The notes: generated by a model from the letters alone, not told the origin. A DNA stretch of 63,928 nt, filler included, from Sluysia triapertura (GCA_046118255.1; 5 parts of 5 records of this genome joined end to end with filler, not necessarily neighbours in it); one strand, 5' to 3'. Positions 28,701 through 43,658 are shown, counted from the whole stretch's first letter. A program made the numbers and translations.

Positions 28701-30211
28701 GAACAATGAACAGTGAAATCAAAACATCAAACAGTGACAAACATCAACACACTCCAACACATTTCTTATAAATAAAATCTTAAACAACACTATCAAATCA
28801 ACAAACAATATACATAAAACAAAAATACGATATTACAACCAAATTTAACATATCTTCACATTAAAAATCATAATAATGTTAATAATACTCACTTCAGCAA
28901 TTACACACAGACAAACTAAAATTCGATGTTATTATTAACATTTCTATTGTTTTTGTTATTGTTAAAATAGTTATAAAGTATCAGATTCGTATTGTTCTTA
29001 TCTCTTATTAATATTTTTATTAATTCTTAAGTTATAATGGATTAATTTAATTCTCATTTCTTTTGTTAGGGTACTCAAATCATTAAAATAGGAGCAAGAT
29101 GAAATTTTATTAGACAAAAAATCAAAAGTATCAAATACAAAATTGCATGTTTCAAATTCTTCTGTTCATCAAGTTCACCATTGTCATTTGTAGGTACAGT
29201 CAAATATAAATTGTTTGATACAGAATTTTTAAATAAATCAGTATATCTTTTGAACATTTCCCAAATAAATGTTCTGTAATTTAATGACATTTGAGTTTCT
29301 ACATTGATGAACATTATTATAATCTCTGTCAAGAAAATCTTCAATCTATAATTCCACAATACCATTAATATTAAATTTAATATTAATGGTATTGTTGGAA
29401 TTAATATTAATGAAGATGACAATGATTATTGACATTATTAATTTATTTAAAATATTTTTGTAACATTTTATTCCCTGAAGTGAGATATTAGAATCTATTA
29501 ATCTATTAAAATATTAATCTATTATTAATTACAAACAAGGTTATTAAAGGTACGAAATGTATAAGTATGAAGAGTGAAGGTAAGATGATGAACACTAATG
29601 GTATCAGTATTTGTAGAAATTTTTGGTTGATTTAATTAAAGTTATTGTATATAATATCACTTTGTATAAAATAATGTGGTATTACCTACAAATATTGGTA
29701 AAAGATGGAGGATTATAGGCACTCTGTTACATATGTTGTACAATACGATCGCAGGTAGATGTTGGAGCCACCAAACTTAAATTACGTGCAATTGTAATAA
29801 CAGATTTTAAGTGCATTTTGTTCTGAATTGAATCAGGTAAACTTAACAAAAATTAAACTAACGGATATTTTAAGTAATTATCCAAAAAGAAAAAATTAGA
29901 ATAATTAAACAAATTATAGTTGTATCAAATTTTTATGTAGGTTTAATCACGCCACTTTGAATTGGCATTAAAGAAAAAAATCAAATTTTCATAGATGTAA
30001 TTATCAAAATCCTACAGGAACATATTTCCATAGAAAGTAATTCGTATACTGTAATAAATTGTAACAATAAAGTGTAATGAATTTTGGATAAATTATCTGT
30101 GATGCACTAATCTTAGATATGCATATACACAAAAAATTATTAATAAAACATTAATAAAATGGCAAAATAAAAAATTCAACATGGTCCGGATAAGAGTATG
30201 GTGAGCGTTCC

Positions 30212-30934
30212 TGTAACGTAAAGTTAATAGTCTTAATATATTTATTTAAAAACACTCTAATAGGTCTCTAAATATATAATCAAAATTGTTTATGATTATA
30301 ATTTTATATAAATTAGAACTTATGTAATCGAACGAAATCCAATTAATAATAAAAATTCAACGAATAAAAATTTTATTAAAGTAATATAATTGTATAACAG
30401 CTAAAATGTGTTTAGAAAGTTAAGAATAAAAATCGAGTAATTATTTTAAGATTAAAATCCTTGTGAGATCTTTAATTAAATATTCTCATTTTAATTTAAA
30501 AATTTCCACCCGCGAGATAGGGGAAATAAAATAAAACAATATTATGATTCTTAAAATACAATAAAATGATTATTAAAATCAAAACGTCCTTCATAAAAAA
30601 GTTTAATCTTTCATGGAATCAAAAAAGTGAAACCAAATGAAATCCGGAACGAATCATTAAATCATTGAGCTAAACCAAGATGAATAAAATTTCCAATTTC
30701 AATATGGCGGAACAACATGAATAGTAGTTTTGAAATTATGCTTTAAAATTGTAATATTATAACATTGTTAAAATTGTGTTTCTTTCTTTATAAAAACCCA
30801 TAGCCAATCATAGGCGAGTAGAATTCTAGAATGTTCTAGAACATTCTAGAAACTTTTCTATTTTTAGTAAGGCATTTTCTTTTTTAGAAAATAAGATTTC
30901 TTTTCGAAAATTATTTTAATGACAACCAGCATAA
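30212..30934 (-). mobile_element. 3' LTR of Gypsy family X, copy 1
   Basis: Preceded on the minus strand by PPT-like AACGAGGAAG. Ends ...TTACGTTACA. The U3 part aligns in inverse orientation with 50214-50420. Confidence 0.7.
30824..30851. promoter_or_regulatory. Heat shock element array (6 units) in LTR
   Basis: TTCtaGAAtgTTCtaGAAcaTTCtaGAA is a perfect alternation of nGAAn pentamers. CCAAT at about 30804 and a TATA-like sequence at about 30787-30795 follow on the minus strand. Confidence 0.75.
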
Positions 30935-33900
30935 CTTCCTCGTTGTAATGGCCGGTATATATTTATATTTAAGTTAAGAAAAATTTTTATAGGTTTAACA
31001 TCAGCAATTAAAATCTTCATGTTAGTAAAATCAGACTTAAGGTCTACAAAAGGATTATAATATTTTAAATTAATTTCGTTAATAAAAATTGCAAAGAAGG
31101 ATAACAAAAACTAAAATGTTTATTGTGAGCTAAATGAAAACAAATTGTTACAATAATTTTAAAATTTATAACATTGTCAGGTATCTTAATTACAAAAACT
31201 TCTAGGTAAAAGATATTATAAAAATCATAATAAGAATAAAAAGCAGACAAATTGTCAAAATTTGAATATGAATCTTTAAATTCGATTACGCAATTAACTC
31301 TGGTGTTACGCAATTAAAATTGGTGTTTTGTTTTACTCGTTCATAAAAATTTATTCACTATTCTCCTCAACCAATCATAAGGAAAATTTAACGTCATAAC
31401 TAATTTCGGATAAAGGAAAACTACAAGCATATCGAGTAATGAAGCTATCCAGAAGCTTCTAATATCCTCAGTGTCTTTAGCTGATGAAAGATTTTGGTCA
31501 TTGAGTCCGTGTATTTCCATATAAAAATTCTGGACTCGAACTCTTGGCCTTATAATGTCAATAGAATGAAATTTTCTATGATAGGGCTTGAAACCCAATT
31601 GAATAGTTTGATGTTCATCACTTACGTTCAATACGTGATGGAAAGCCACGAAGATTAGTTTATTTTCCTCAAAGATGGGTAAGAATGATATGTGAGTGAA
31701 AGTTAAACGTTCTTGACATGCTGTACGTCGGTGGCATACAGAGGAGTAAGGCATGATTTCTATTTCCTGGGAGGAATAGGAAAAAGTGCTACAAATTTTG
31801 TGGAGTATTCGTCATATTCCACTTTTACAGTGTGAGATGGAGTAATATTTTCTAATTTCAACGAAGAATATCCATAAATACGAAAAAGATGGGAAGAATT
31901 AATCGTTAAGGTAATTTTAAGAACACTTAGTAAGGCAGCAGTTAGTTGTAAGATGTACAGAGATTCTGTAAACGAACAAACAAGGAGCGATGTTTGTCTA
32001 TCATTTACAAATGATTGCAGTATTTTAGTTAAAGTTCTATTAAACCGTCAGTTTGTGGATGGTAGATTCTTAATATATTAAAGATTTTAGCAACTGTAAA
32101 ATTTGTACCCTGGCCTATTAAAAGTTTTTTGGAGCTCCATATCTATAAATGATTTTCTCAACTTTTATTTGAGCAACGGTTTCGGCCTTTTGGTTAGGCA
32201 TTGGGTAAGTCTCTTGCAATTTAGTTAAGTTATCCGCAAAAACAATATATTTATTTCCCGTTAAAGTTTCTGTTAAAGTACCCATTATGTCCAGAGTCGT
32301 AAATTCCATTGTCGATCATAGTACAGGCACCACTTTCAGTGGTACCTTAGCTTTAACGCCTGTATTTTTTCTGCAGCAAACAGCACAATCATTTCTTTTT
32401 ATCTGCTTCCATACCATCCCAATAATATTTATCTTTATTTATGACAGTGTTTTTCTATGGTAAAGATGACCGCCTAATTGTCCATGAAATTGTATGAGTA
32501 TTGGAGTAACTAAAAATTTTGGAATTAAAGTCCTCCATTGATCTTCTGTGTCGAGCAATGAAAATTTCCTACCTATTTGACGTCTACTACAATCAAATGC
32601 CTTAACTCCACTTGTCTTAGGAAGCAAAATAATTACCTATAACATATTATTAGTAGAATTATCTAATCTAGGTAAAATATTATTCAATTAGTTATTGTTT
32701 TCTAAATATCTGTGAACCTACTGAAAGTTCCGTTAGAATTTATTTTCTCTTTTAATTATATTTTGTCAACCACCTTGATTTTCAATCCATAACTTAAGTT
32801 TTTTGTCTCTGGTTAGAAGTTTTGCCTAATCGCACTGAAATAATATGTAAGAAATTATGATTTTACGTTTCTTTCTACTTAATCTAGCATTAATCTGTTT
32901 GTCTATTACTAACTTATATTGTCCCGTGTCGATATACTCACTCGTATCCTTATCGCTATATTTTTTCTCTAATTGTTGCGTTATTTGGGTAATTGTAATT
33001 TGGGTAACAATATTTTATGCTTATTAAAATTATAAATCTCATCCGACAATAATGCATAAATTAGACTTTTTGTACCTACATCAGTTTTATCACCGTCGTA
33101 AATAATCTTCGTTAAATCTATAGTGATCCTATTAATATAATTAGGAAATTACTAATTAATCATCATATTCCTCTTGTTTGCCTGGTCTTCTCTTGAGGGC
33201 ATTTGTTTTCTTATTTAATGTTTCAACATGTGGGTTGTCATTTAAATATATTATGCAATCATGTCGTTCATTATTTGTATTGGTAGTAATATTATTCTTA
33301 ACTTTATTATCATTTGTATTTTTACATGAATGGGGAAAGTAATCCGTATTGCAAGTGTTTTATTAGAAATTAAATAAACTTATACTTACAAAATAAACTG
33401 AAGGTCAAGTTCACCTAATAAACACGGTTTATATCAACGTGGAAAATGCGTTATTAGGATTTTAAATTAAGTTGCAAAAATAAAGTTGCTTCAGTAAGTA
33501 TTAAATTAGTCGTCTGTGTATCTCACTTCTGTCACAAAATATTTTAACATAGATTAAACTAGCCGTAATACGATCTAATGTGTGAAATCAATTTGAACTA
33601 GCCTTTGTACGGTCTAGTATGAAATTTTAGTTAAACTAACCTTTTATGGTCTAGTAACTGAACAAATTTTATTAGATGTTAGGAAAATTTAATATCTAAT
33701 GATTTAACTTCTAAACTGTTTAATGAATTCTAAAAAACAAGAACTTATATATTAGATAACTTTATACACTTAAAATAAAACTAACTACAAAAAATTATAA
33801 TAAATATAATGATTTTAGGTAAAACTTAAAAGATATTAAATCTATTAGTATTTTGTAAAAAGTTTAAATAGAAATTAATCTAGCTTTTTACGGTCTAGAA

Positions 33901-34600
33901 TCAAATTTAAAAAAATTTGAGGAAAAATTTAAATCTCTCGTCTTACGATAAGATTAAGAAAAAACTTATAAGGAAATTACTTGTGCATAGAACAATTTGA
34001 ATCTCGCCATAGAATTTGAAATATGATAAATTGATTATTATAAACTAATTGTTGTATTTCTTCCGAAAATTTGCTTCTGTTTATAATAGAATTTTTAAAT
34101 CACCAACTTATTAATTACTTCAATTAAACAATTTCTTTATAATTGGGTCGATAAAATAAAAACTAAATTTTTTTGTAAAAATTATTTAAAATACTAATTT
34201 ATTATTTTTGAAAAAATTATTTAATACTATTTTATAATAAAAATAATGATTAATAATAAATTTATATTTTAATAAAATTTAAACGTAAAATGTAAATTAT
34301 AAAAATGAAACTCAACAATAAACTATAAAATGTAATTCAACGGTATTAATTTTATTTGAAGAAGAATAACTAAAGGTTATATCATTAACAATAGCAGCTT
34401 TTAATATATTGCTGGGTTTCTTTCTAAAATAAACCTAACAGTAAAATTAATTTCTTAACTCTTAAGCTATACTAATTTAATAATTGAGTAGAGGTTCTGG
34501 AGTAATTAATTTTATTCTCAAACTATCCTTGTATATTTTACAAGTGAACAACAAAGTTTCTCGAAAAATTTATTAAATAAAATAAACTTACTACTGAATA
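30935..34600 (-). mobile_element. Internally deleted Gypsy retrotransposon, family X copy 1
   Basis: Integrase relics (FHGQLGGHLYHRKT; MEFTTLDIMGTLTETLTGNKYIVFAD...PMPNQKAETVA...IYRYGAP), a protease-like relic near 33060-33125, and a 3' extra-ORF domain at 31341-31754. No RT seen. Confidence 0.8.
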
Positions 34601-35317
34601 TGTAACGTAAAGGTAATTTACACAGAATTTTGTACAAAAATAGATAATTATAATAAATGAATACTATTATAAACAGAGTTCGTCGAACTCTATTTCGAAT
34701 TTATTAAAATTTACCAAGACATTGTTATTGACTTAAGGCCAGTGAAAAATTAATGTGATCTTGAGATGTAACTAGCTTAAGGCCAGTTTATAACTAATTA
34801 AATTTGAGTATGATTTTGTAACTCATCTTACGGACGAGTTTAATACTTCTAACAATAAATTAACTAATTAATTATTAAATTATATCTTGTAGTAAAATTA
34901 AATTAACGGAATTGAATTGCATATATAAAATAATATAGAGCGTTGCAATTATAAATCGTGTGTTTGAATATTGTGAACTTTGTGTTGAATATATAAATAA
35001 ATTGTGACTACTTGAATTGTGATCAACCGAATTGTGTGCCTACTTAGTTAAGACAAAGTGATTTTATACTAAATTGGCTATTGGAAACCATATTAATAAT
35101 TTTATTTAAAGAAATTCTTCCATAAAAATCTTTTTTCTTTAATTTAATTTAATTTTCATTTTACAAAATATAAAATTTTAATTATTAATTTCTTAGAATT
35201 TGTAACCAAACTAATTTTTTTAAATAATAAAATTTTAATTATCTTTTTTTAAAATAATTTATGCAGTTGATTTAAATTAAATTAATTACAATTTAATGGA
35301 ATAACAATTCCATTACA
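34601..35317 (-). mobile_element. Putative 5' LTR
   Basis: TGTAA...TTACA termini. Terminal tgtaacgtaaag is shared with 30212, and the length is similar (about 720 bp), but the interior is not obviously alignable. Confidence 0.4.
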
Positions 35318-36949
35318 ATGGAATTACAATTCAATGGAATAACTATAATCGGCTCCAGATTTTTATCGTTGAAATGCAAATTGACAGTTTTACTATTAAG
35401 ATCATTCATTTTACTTAACTCAATAATTTCTTTAACTCTCATTAATTAATATTTTAACATTCACTGAGGTTGTTGGTGTTTCCTTTCGCTCCATTAGTGC
35501 AATTTTCTTCAGTATTATATTCATATTTATATTATATTTATATTTGGGTTTAACTTTAAAACTTTAATTTTATATATGCTTATCTATATATGTTTATGTG
35601 AGTCCTCTATGATATTGGGTTTACACATTGAAGGGCCAATTCATACATGTCACCATAAAAGATCATGGTTGCACGTTTGGAGGTCATTAAAGATTCAATA
35701 ATTTTCACAACTTTAGTAGGGTTTAAATAATATATTTTATATCCGATCCACTTTATAAGGATCTGTAAGATAGATTTTAATTTATTATAAAATTACTTGT
35801 ATAGAATTTAAATTAATTTTAAAACTATATAATTTGTCTGTATGCGTATATAAAGAATGCAAAGCCCTGTTAAATAACTTTCAACTCAAGTTTATCTTAA
35901 GTAAAAATGACAATAAATTGTTTAGATTAAGTTTAAAAAATAACTTCTAGTTGGTCTCAAGACTATCAGAAATGCAAACATGGATTGTCAATTTAAGGGT
36001 TTATCAATAAAAGAACAAGATTATAAACTATATTGACAAAGTTACAATAACAATTAAATAGTAGTAATATCGAAATAATAATTTATAAATACAAAAAATA
36101 AGGATGTTACAAAATTACAATAATAAATGTTAAAAATTTTCAACGTATTTTAAAAATTCCAACATGTAATGCTATAGTAATCTGAAGTTATAGGGTTATA
36201 ACGTGTTTATGTTAACGTGGAAATCAATAATGTTTTAAATTATAACTTTTTATATCAGAAATCAATGTTTCAAATTATAAGGTTTAATATTTCAAAATTA
36301 TAACGTTTTTATATAAAAAATCAATATTTCAAATTATAAGAAATCAATGGCGTGTATTAAATTTACAACGAAAGTATAATGTTTAGAATAATAGTTATTG
36401 TTTTCAATAATACGTTTTCACAGATTAAGAGGGATCTTTTATTAACAATTAAATTTTGTTAAAAAGAATAAATTAAACTGTCAGTACATTTTATTTATAT
36501 ATTTAAATTATTCATCCTAATGATCACAAACTAATGTGCTTCGAAAACAATGGATAATTTTATAGAAATAACTGTTAGACAATCAAATGTGAACAATAAT
36601 TACAATTTCTTTTCCAAAAAACTTGCAACAATATTGAATAATAGTGAAAAGACTTAAAATTTTCGTATCTATTAATGTGTGAGTAAGTAATAAAGCGTCC
36701 ACTATTTATACACTCTCTACATATGAGGTCATTGACCTGAAACTTTTTTAATTTACTTTTGTTTGTGATTAATGATGCACTGAAATGCTGATTTTTAATA
36801 ATAAATAATGCATTGATTAATCTGATAATATTTGTAACAAATTATAATAATAAAATGTACTAAGTTTTAATAATAATATACTCTATATTTAAAATTGTTA
36901 AAATAATAAATTATAATAAAATTAATATTGATATTTATATCTTCCAAAT

Positions 36950-39180
36950 TCTGTTTACGAGATTGCATCTGAACTTCCTTTATATCTGTTTTAAAAATTT
37001 CTAATTAATTTCTGTTAATAAAACATTCAAATCTTTAATGTAGACATCTGGTTCAAAAATATCTGGAAGTATGGAGTCAAATTCGGCAGGCACATCGGAA
37101 CAGAATAATAATTTATTTTTAACATGTTCATGATAACTCTTAGTACCAAAATGCTTTAAATTTTTTGTTTGAGACGGACACACTAAGCACTATATTCAAA
37201 CCATTTATACTTTCATGTATTTCATATAATGAATAATTATCATTGCAAAAAAGATCTTTTGTTTTCTTGAGCTCACTAATTTCTATAAACATATAATTGA
37301 CTTCAATTCGGATATCACTTGCAAAATTCATAGTAATTTGTGAATAATTTATTGTGGTCTACTAACTTGTTATTTACTAATTGAGGACTACTACTAATTT
37401 TTGATCGTTGATTTGTGGTACTACTAATTTTAGTAGTAGCTATATATCTTTAATTGGATAGGCAATATATTACGTTCCCGTACTTTATTTTAGAATTTTA
37501 TTATCATACGTTATTGTACCAAAATTTTAAACTTATTTCTTTTCAGCTTTTAGTCACAAACTTGGCATAAAGAGACAAACTTTCTTAATACATTGAACGA
37601 GTACTTGGTGTTTCGAATCAGTAAACTTTGTCGAAATATTTGATCTTGGTACAGAATATTGACTTCGCTTTATGTCTGAATTAACAGAAGTAAATAATTC
37701 TGAGATAGTTTTCATATTCAACTTAGAATCACTACAGCTACTATCTTTACTTTTACTGTAAGTACTAGTGGTTAATGCAGCTAGTGATTCTGGTGGGTTA
37801 AATTTTGAATTCCAGCCTTTGTTTTATCCACTGATAGTTAATGAACTTAAAGTATAAAACTTATCAGAATTCCAATTACTTTCTTCATCCTGTTTTAATT
37901 TTTGTGCAGCACGGGGACGAACTTCGACACTTTGTAATTATTCTGTATCCGATTGATCAAGATTGTGTTCCCTTTCAGCAAATAAAAGATTATATTTACA
38001 AATATCGAATATTAAGTAAGTATTTGTTTCAACCAATGTCTTCAGAATACTCAACTTTTTGACGATGAGATTTTAATAATTTTTATCAACATTTAGGAGG
38101 TTAAGGAAAAGTGAAAGTGAATAAGCGAAAGAGTTATAAAAGTAATAAAAAAATGAAGTTTAATGGAAATTTCATTTTATTATATTTTGGATTTTAAAAT
38201 GTAAATTTAGTAAATTTTGATGTGATGAGTGATTTGTATGTTTTGGTGTGTTGTGGCGTGGTGCTGTCTGCCATAATCAGTTTAGCTGATTATTTATTAA
38301 TAAATTTTGAAATATTTGATATTTTCTTTAATTGATATTTAAATCCTTTAACAATACAATAAATATTTTCTTCCATGTTCATTTTTGAATCCATATATTA
38401 GATACTTTTCAAAGAAAATAACTTATGTTGTTTAATTCTGCAATATCATATAGAATTTGAATTATTTGATCTTCTATCTCTGCCATCAGAAAAGAGTTCA
38501 AAACTAACTTGTACGACTTAAATCTATCTAATGTAGTTTTAGAATTAAACGTTTATAATAATTTGAGTTATAAAACGATTACAATAAAAACATACAATTT
38601 TTATTGCTTATTCATTAAAAGAAGTGTTTGAATTGCTCACCAACAAAGTTGACGCGTGTATTTGTTTTCAAAATAATATTTCAAAAAGCACTTATCGTTC
38701 GTGTCTTTTTAAAAGTCACATACAAAAACTAAATTTTGTTAACGTTTCAGAAATTTCTGACATTTTATTAAATTTACCTTCACAGTCTTTTAATTCATTC
38801 TTATACTTTATCTGAATACTGTTATATTATCGCCAATAGTTCCTTGTTGGATTAGCAAAACTGGAATTGATGGTAGCACTTTCTCTGTTCTTCAAAATAA
38901 AAATCATTATTCTACGTTTCAATTTATATGGTCTTATACCTTATGGAAACTATAAGATAAATGTCTGTTCTAAGAGGAATTCCGACACCAAATTCGTAAC
39001 AAATTGACTCCTGATTCCATTTATAACAAATCAAGGCATAATTCCATTTATAAAGTTAAATTATGAGACAATTTATAGCATGTTAGATTATGAAAAGAAA
39101 CAAGAATATGAGGACATTTACGAATTTGACAAGCTCATTAAAAGTCGAAAATAACGGAAAGTCAAGAAAATACTAAAATA
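36950..39180 (-). mobile_element. Highly decayed LTR-retrotransposon gag/pol relic
   Basis: KLSILKTLV...YLIF...FAERE...QS..E (Gypsy gag-like) near 37900-38060, and GSQFVT (integrase DNGxQF-like) near 39000. Confidence 0.3.
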
Positions 39181-41446
39181 TTTAGATTTTAAATACAAAA
39201 TTCTTTTTATGATTACAAATTAAAATAAAGCATAAATTTTAGTTTAAGTCGATTCGTTCGTGACTCCATGATATTCGAGAACCAATAAACTCTGTTTCAT
39301 TCGAAATTTTGAATTATTAACCACACTATCTACATTATTTTAATATTATTAAAACCGATTCGGTTTATTTATTTATTTATATTTTTATAAGAAACAAAAT
39401 ATTGTTAAACACTATTTTATAAACATATGAGAGTACTTTACTTAAACTGATCACTAACAAATTAAATTATAATAATAATGTTCGCTTACAGTTAACGAAT
39501 TTATGCTTAATGCGACGTTCCTGCAGGATTTAATAATATTTTAACGAGGTCGGTAAACTTCTACGAAACTTAATCCTAATTTTTCTTTTATGCTATTAAA
39601 TATCGTCATTATTGACTTTAATTTCTTTGTATCAACTTACTAAAATTATCGTTATTCTATTAATGCAATAAACTGATATCTTTTACTTTTAATGTAAACA
39701 CCCTTGGGAACGTTTTAATGATTTCCTAAATTACTTTTCCTCTGGTCACTTACTAAAGAATTAATTCTTGAAAATATTTCTTACGTTATTTTATTCTTCG
39801 ATAATGTCAACTAATTTATTTTATTTCTTATTAAACTCAATGTAAAACAAATTTTTAGATGGTTTCTCTTTTTAAATTTTTCCTTAATTTGCGTAATTTC
39901 TTAATTCTCAGTTTCACCGTTGCTAATTTAATTATTTTTCTCAATTCAAATAAACTTCTATTGAATCTTCTTTCAATTTATACTAAATTGCTATTTTTCT
40001 TTAATAATTCAAATGATAAAAAATAAGACTTAAAATTGTATAACAATATTATACATGAATATAAAATGGCTGAAAAACAATAATACAATTATATATAATG
40101 ATGTTATTATTAGACAAATGTTTTCTAATTTTTATTCAAGTTTTTATTGTCTCTAACTAAAATTAGAGATTTTAAAAATTAATGAATAATTTAAGTAGAA
40201 AATTATCTCTTAAGAAAATAAGACAAATCTTATAAACAAAAACTTAGAATATATTAGGTAAAAAATGAATTGACAACAAAACCAAGTAATTAAGCCCTAT
40301 CAATAAGTCAATTGCCAATAAATTCTTTCGTTTCAAACTCGTCGTATTACACCAAATTAAACTACCAAAATTAAAACTTCGAATAAAACTGTATTAGTAC
40401 TTAGACGTTCTGTCTCAATAAAAGTTTTCAAAATCCAATTAATATCGACGTTGCGAATTAGCGTTGACTTTGTGTAAAATAAAAGCCACGTAATATTCAA
40501 ATTGTATAATTTAATTTTAACCACCAAATAGCTACGTAAAAACTTTTACCACAACATCAATTTGAATCAATTATGCAAAAATTCTGCCACGAACAATAAC
40601 TAATTTTTTGTGTGTCGTGTCTTATGGCTCATCCTTATAGATCAATTCGATGAAAACCTTAAACCTAAAAACAAAGAAAAGATAAATATTAGTTAATAAT
40701 AATTGTCACAAATGTAAAATAAAATTTTTTAAAATGATAATTATGAAATGAAATAACAAAATAAGATAATAACAATGATGGTAATAATTCATTTATATTT
40801 TATTTGATATTTCGATGAAGAATGTTTTAATGATTTAAAGAAGCTTCAAATTGTTATGTGAAGTTAATCGAGTGTACTTTAAAAAAAAGAAACAAAATTC
40901 GATTTTGAATGAGTTGAATTTCATTTAAAAATAAAATTTGTACTAATTTTGATTAAATCATTTATGAAATTACTCAATATTTAATGTTTAGCTTTAGTGA
41001 TAAAGAATTTAGCAAAAAAGATTTTAAAATGAGTATTTCTTAAAATTGTGAAAGGTGACCACTTCGATGTTTATACTTCTCATTCTAATATATAAGTCAT
41101 TTTTTAAGGCATTATTGTACCACCAAATAATTCAAAATCATAAATCCCATTAACAATAATTAATTCAGCTTGTGGTAACAGCGAATTTTTAATTTCACTT
41201 ATTTCGATAACACTATTTAAATTACTCCGATTTTCCATTTTAAACACATTCTCATCGGTCTATTTTTTCTGAAGCATTCAAATAAATCAAGATATTTTAG
41301 TGATATAAAGATATTTCAACTGTAAATATATAATCCCGTTATCTAAGAAAGCACACACTTTTCGCAAAGCGAGAATTCTTGTTTCCCGATGCAAATGTTT
41401 TTAAAATTTTTAAATAGGCATACTTTTTTAAATTTTTTATACATTA

Positions 41447-41482
<36 letters not shown>

Positions 41483-41487
41483 ATATA

Positions 41488-41587
41488 NNNNNNNNNNNNN
41501 NNNNNNNNNNNNNNNNNNNNNNNNNNNNNNNTTAATTAATTAANNNNNNNNNNNNNNNNNNNNNNNNNNNNNNNNNNNNNNNNNNNN
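41488..41587. other. Artificial contig linker
   Basis: 44N-TTAATTAATTAA-44N. Confidence 0.98.
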
Positions 41588-42219
41588 TTTTATCTTTATT
41601 TTAAGGTGATAATTGTGTTAATCTCAGAATATTAATATAATGGTCATGTTAAATTTTGATTTAATTATGTTGAAAGGATAAGGGGATTGTATGCCACAAA
41701 TCCAATTACATTTAGGTAATTGCAGAGAATAATAAAATTGGACACAGGAAGAAATAAGATTTCTTCAATAAAATCAGAATAAATTAAACGGAAAAGACAA
41801 TATTTAGAAGAGGAAGACTTATTAAACTTTATCTTCATTAAGGGTTTGTTTTTCTGAAATTGATTAAAATCCGAAAGAGATATTTAAACTTTATTACGGT
41901 TGGTAACTTACGTAATTCTTATTTTATTAGTTTTAATACGGGAGTCAACATTTACTGTGTTTTTATTGATGTATAGTTTTTATAGATTTAGATTTTATGG
42001 ACAGTGATTTATAAGTTTAAATTTGTATATTGAGGATTTATTGTTGTAAAAGAACGGTTATTAATTGTGATAATTAGAAAGTATATTGAGATTTTATATT
42101 GAAGACGTATTGTTATTAAAATGTAGTTGAATAATTCTTAATTCATTGTGATGTTTGAAAATATGTTGAGATTCGTGTCAGTTAATTATTGAGATATAAT
42201 TTTATATTTTAAAATAGAA

Positions 42220-43130
42220 ATAAGAGAGACACAATAAAATAAAACACTTATTTCGCCAGAAAGAATAAATGGATAATTCGGCATTTCCTAATAAGAAAAT
42301 ATTTTATTATTCATTTAAGCTTATAATATATTTTGATAAAATTAATTTAATATAGTTTATGCAAACAAATTGGATGAGTTTTATGTTTGATAAAATTTGA
42401 AGATATTTTAATGAAAAGTTATAATTTTCTTGGTGAACTTATGAAATTTGTTTAATCGATAACATAATGATGCAACTTTTGTTACAATTAATCATTGTGT
42501 GGAGAACCAAATTTCAAAGCATATTTAGTTTCAGAAATTGCTAATAATATTAATATTAAAAGTAGTACCAATATAATGTAGAAAAATTATTTTTACAACT
42601 TTATAAATTATCACGATTAACTTATGAATTAAGTTGAAACTTCGTGTAAAATTATAGAACTTCTTTATATTGATTGCATTAATTCTTCTTTGTCTGATAA
42701 AGCATTAGATAAAACTAATGAAGAATATTTATGTATATGAATTAAAAATAAGAATACCATTGATAAAAATTTATTGAATTTTCCTAATAAATTACAAAAT
42801 GATTTTGATATGTCCGTAAAATTGCAAATAAAATATTATTATTATTATTAATTGTAAATTGATTGAAATGGATTAATCTCAAAAAAATTATTTATATACT
42901 CAAAAATGACTGTTTCTTTTCTCAATCACCAAAATTAATCCACCAAAATATATTTGAAAGAGGAGTAAAAGAACAGATGATCTGTTTGAATAAGTAAACA
43001 ATTTAATTATTAAAATTGGGAAAGTTTTTTCGAAAATTCCCCATTTAGCAATACTTGCATCACTATATAAGTGCGAAATATTTCAACTGAACACTGTGGT
43101 TCTGAAATGTGTGTTCCATTATAATTTAAA
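42220..43130 (+). mobile_element. Possible decayed hAT transposase
   Basis: PHLAILASLY near 43040 resembles the hAT C-terminal dimerisation motif (P.La.lA..y). The rest is heavily disrupted. Confidence 0.25.
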
Positions 43131-43467
43131 CTTCTATAATGAATTTAGAATATTCAATGAATGGAAATTTTTCTGTTAAAGTACAGTTTAATAGAGATGA
43201 AATAATAAAGCGAAATTTTAATGCATTAGAGTATAAGATAATACAATGAAAGGAATATAATGTAAAAATAAATAGTATTTAACATTATATAAATGTCAAT
43301 TGTATTTTGCCATTAAAAGTACAATGGTAAAAGAATTTTATTTATTATTGAATATGTTACGTTGTACAAAATTTAATATTACATATATTATAAATTAATA
43401 AACAGTTTGATGTGCAAATAAAATGCAAAACAATGTAGAAACAAATGTTAAGTTAAATGCTCTATAC

Positions 43468-43658
43468 CAGGGTTTCTCAAACGTTGGGTCGCGGACTCGC
43501 GATTAGTATAAATATAATATAAGTATAAACTACATACAAAAAATTAATTTTACAATAAAAACGCTAATTAGTGTCAATAGTATAAGTCTTTTTTAATTCT
43601 TAGCATTTCTTTATGTAATAAAAATTGGGTCGCGGGGTAAAGATATTGAGAAACGTTG
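43468..43658. mobile_element. hAT (Buster/Charlie-type) MITE, 191 bp
   Basis: TIRs CAGGGTTTCTCAA / TTGAGAAACGTTG. Perfect 8-bp TSD CTCTATAC (43460-43467, 43659-43666). Internal TTGGGTCGCGG repeats. Confidence 0.92.

Noticed and set aside
25960-29840. Scattered exon-like pieces (EEIRLITRKLLRDLDYL; 27715-27791; ILVKDGGL*ALCYIC)
   Set aside because: In-frame stops and no consistent gene model. The kinase-like and ARM-like resemblance is too weak to call.
34820-34840. Hairpin resembling hammerhead ribozyme stem II
   Set aside because: The CUGAUGA and GAAA core nucleotides are absent.
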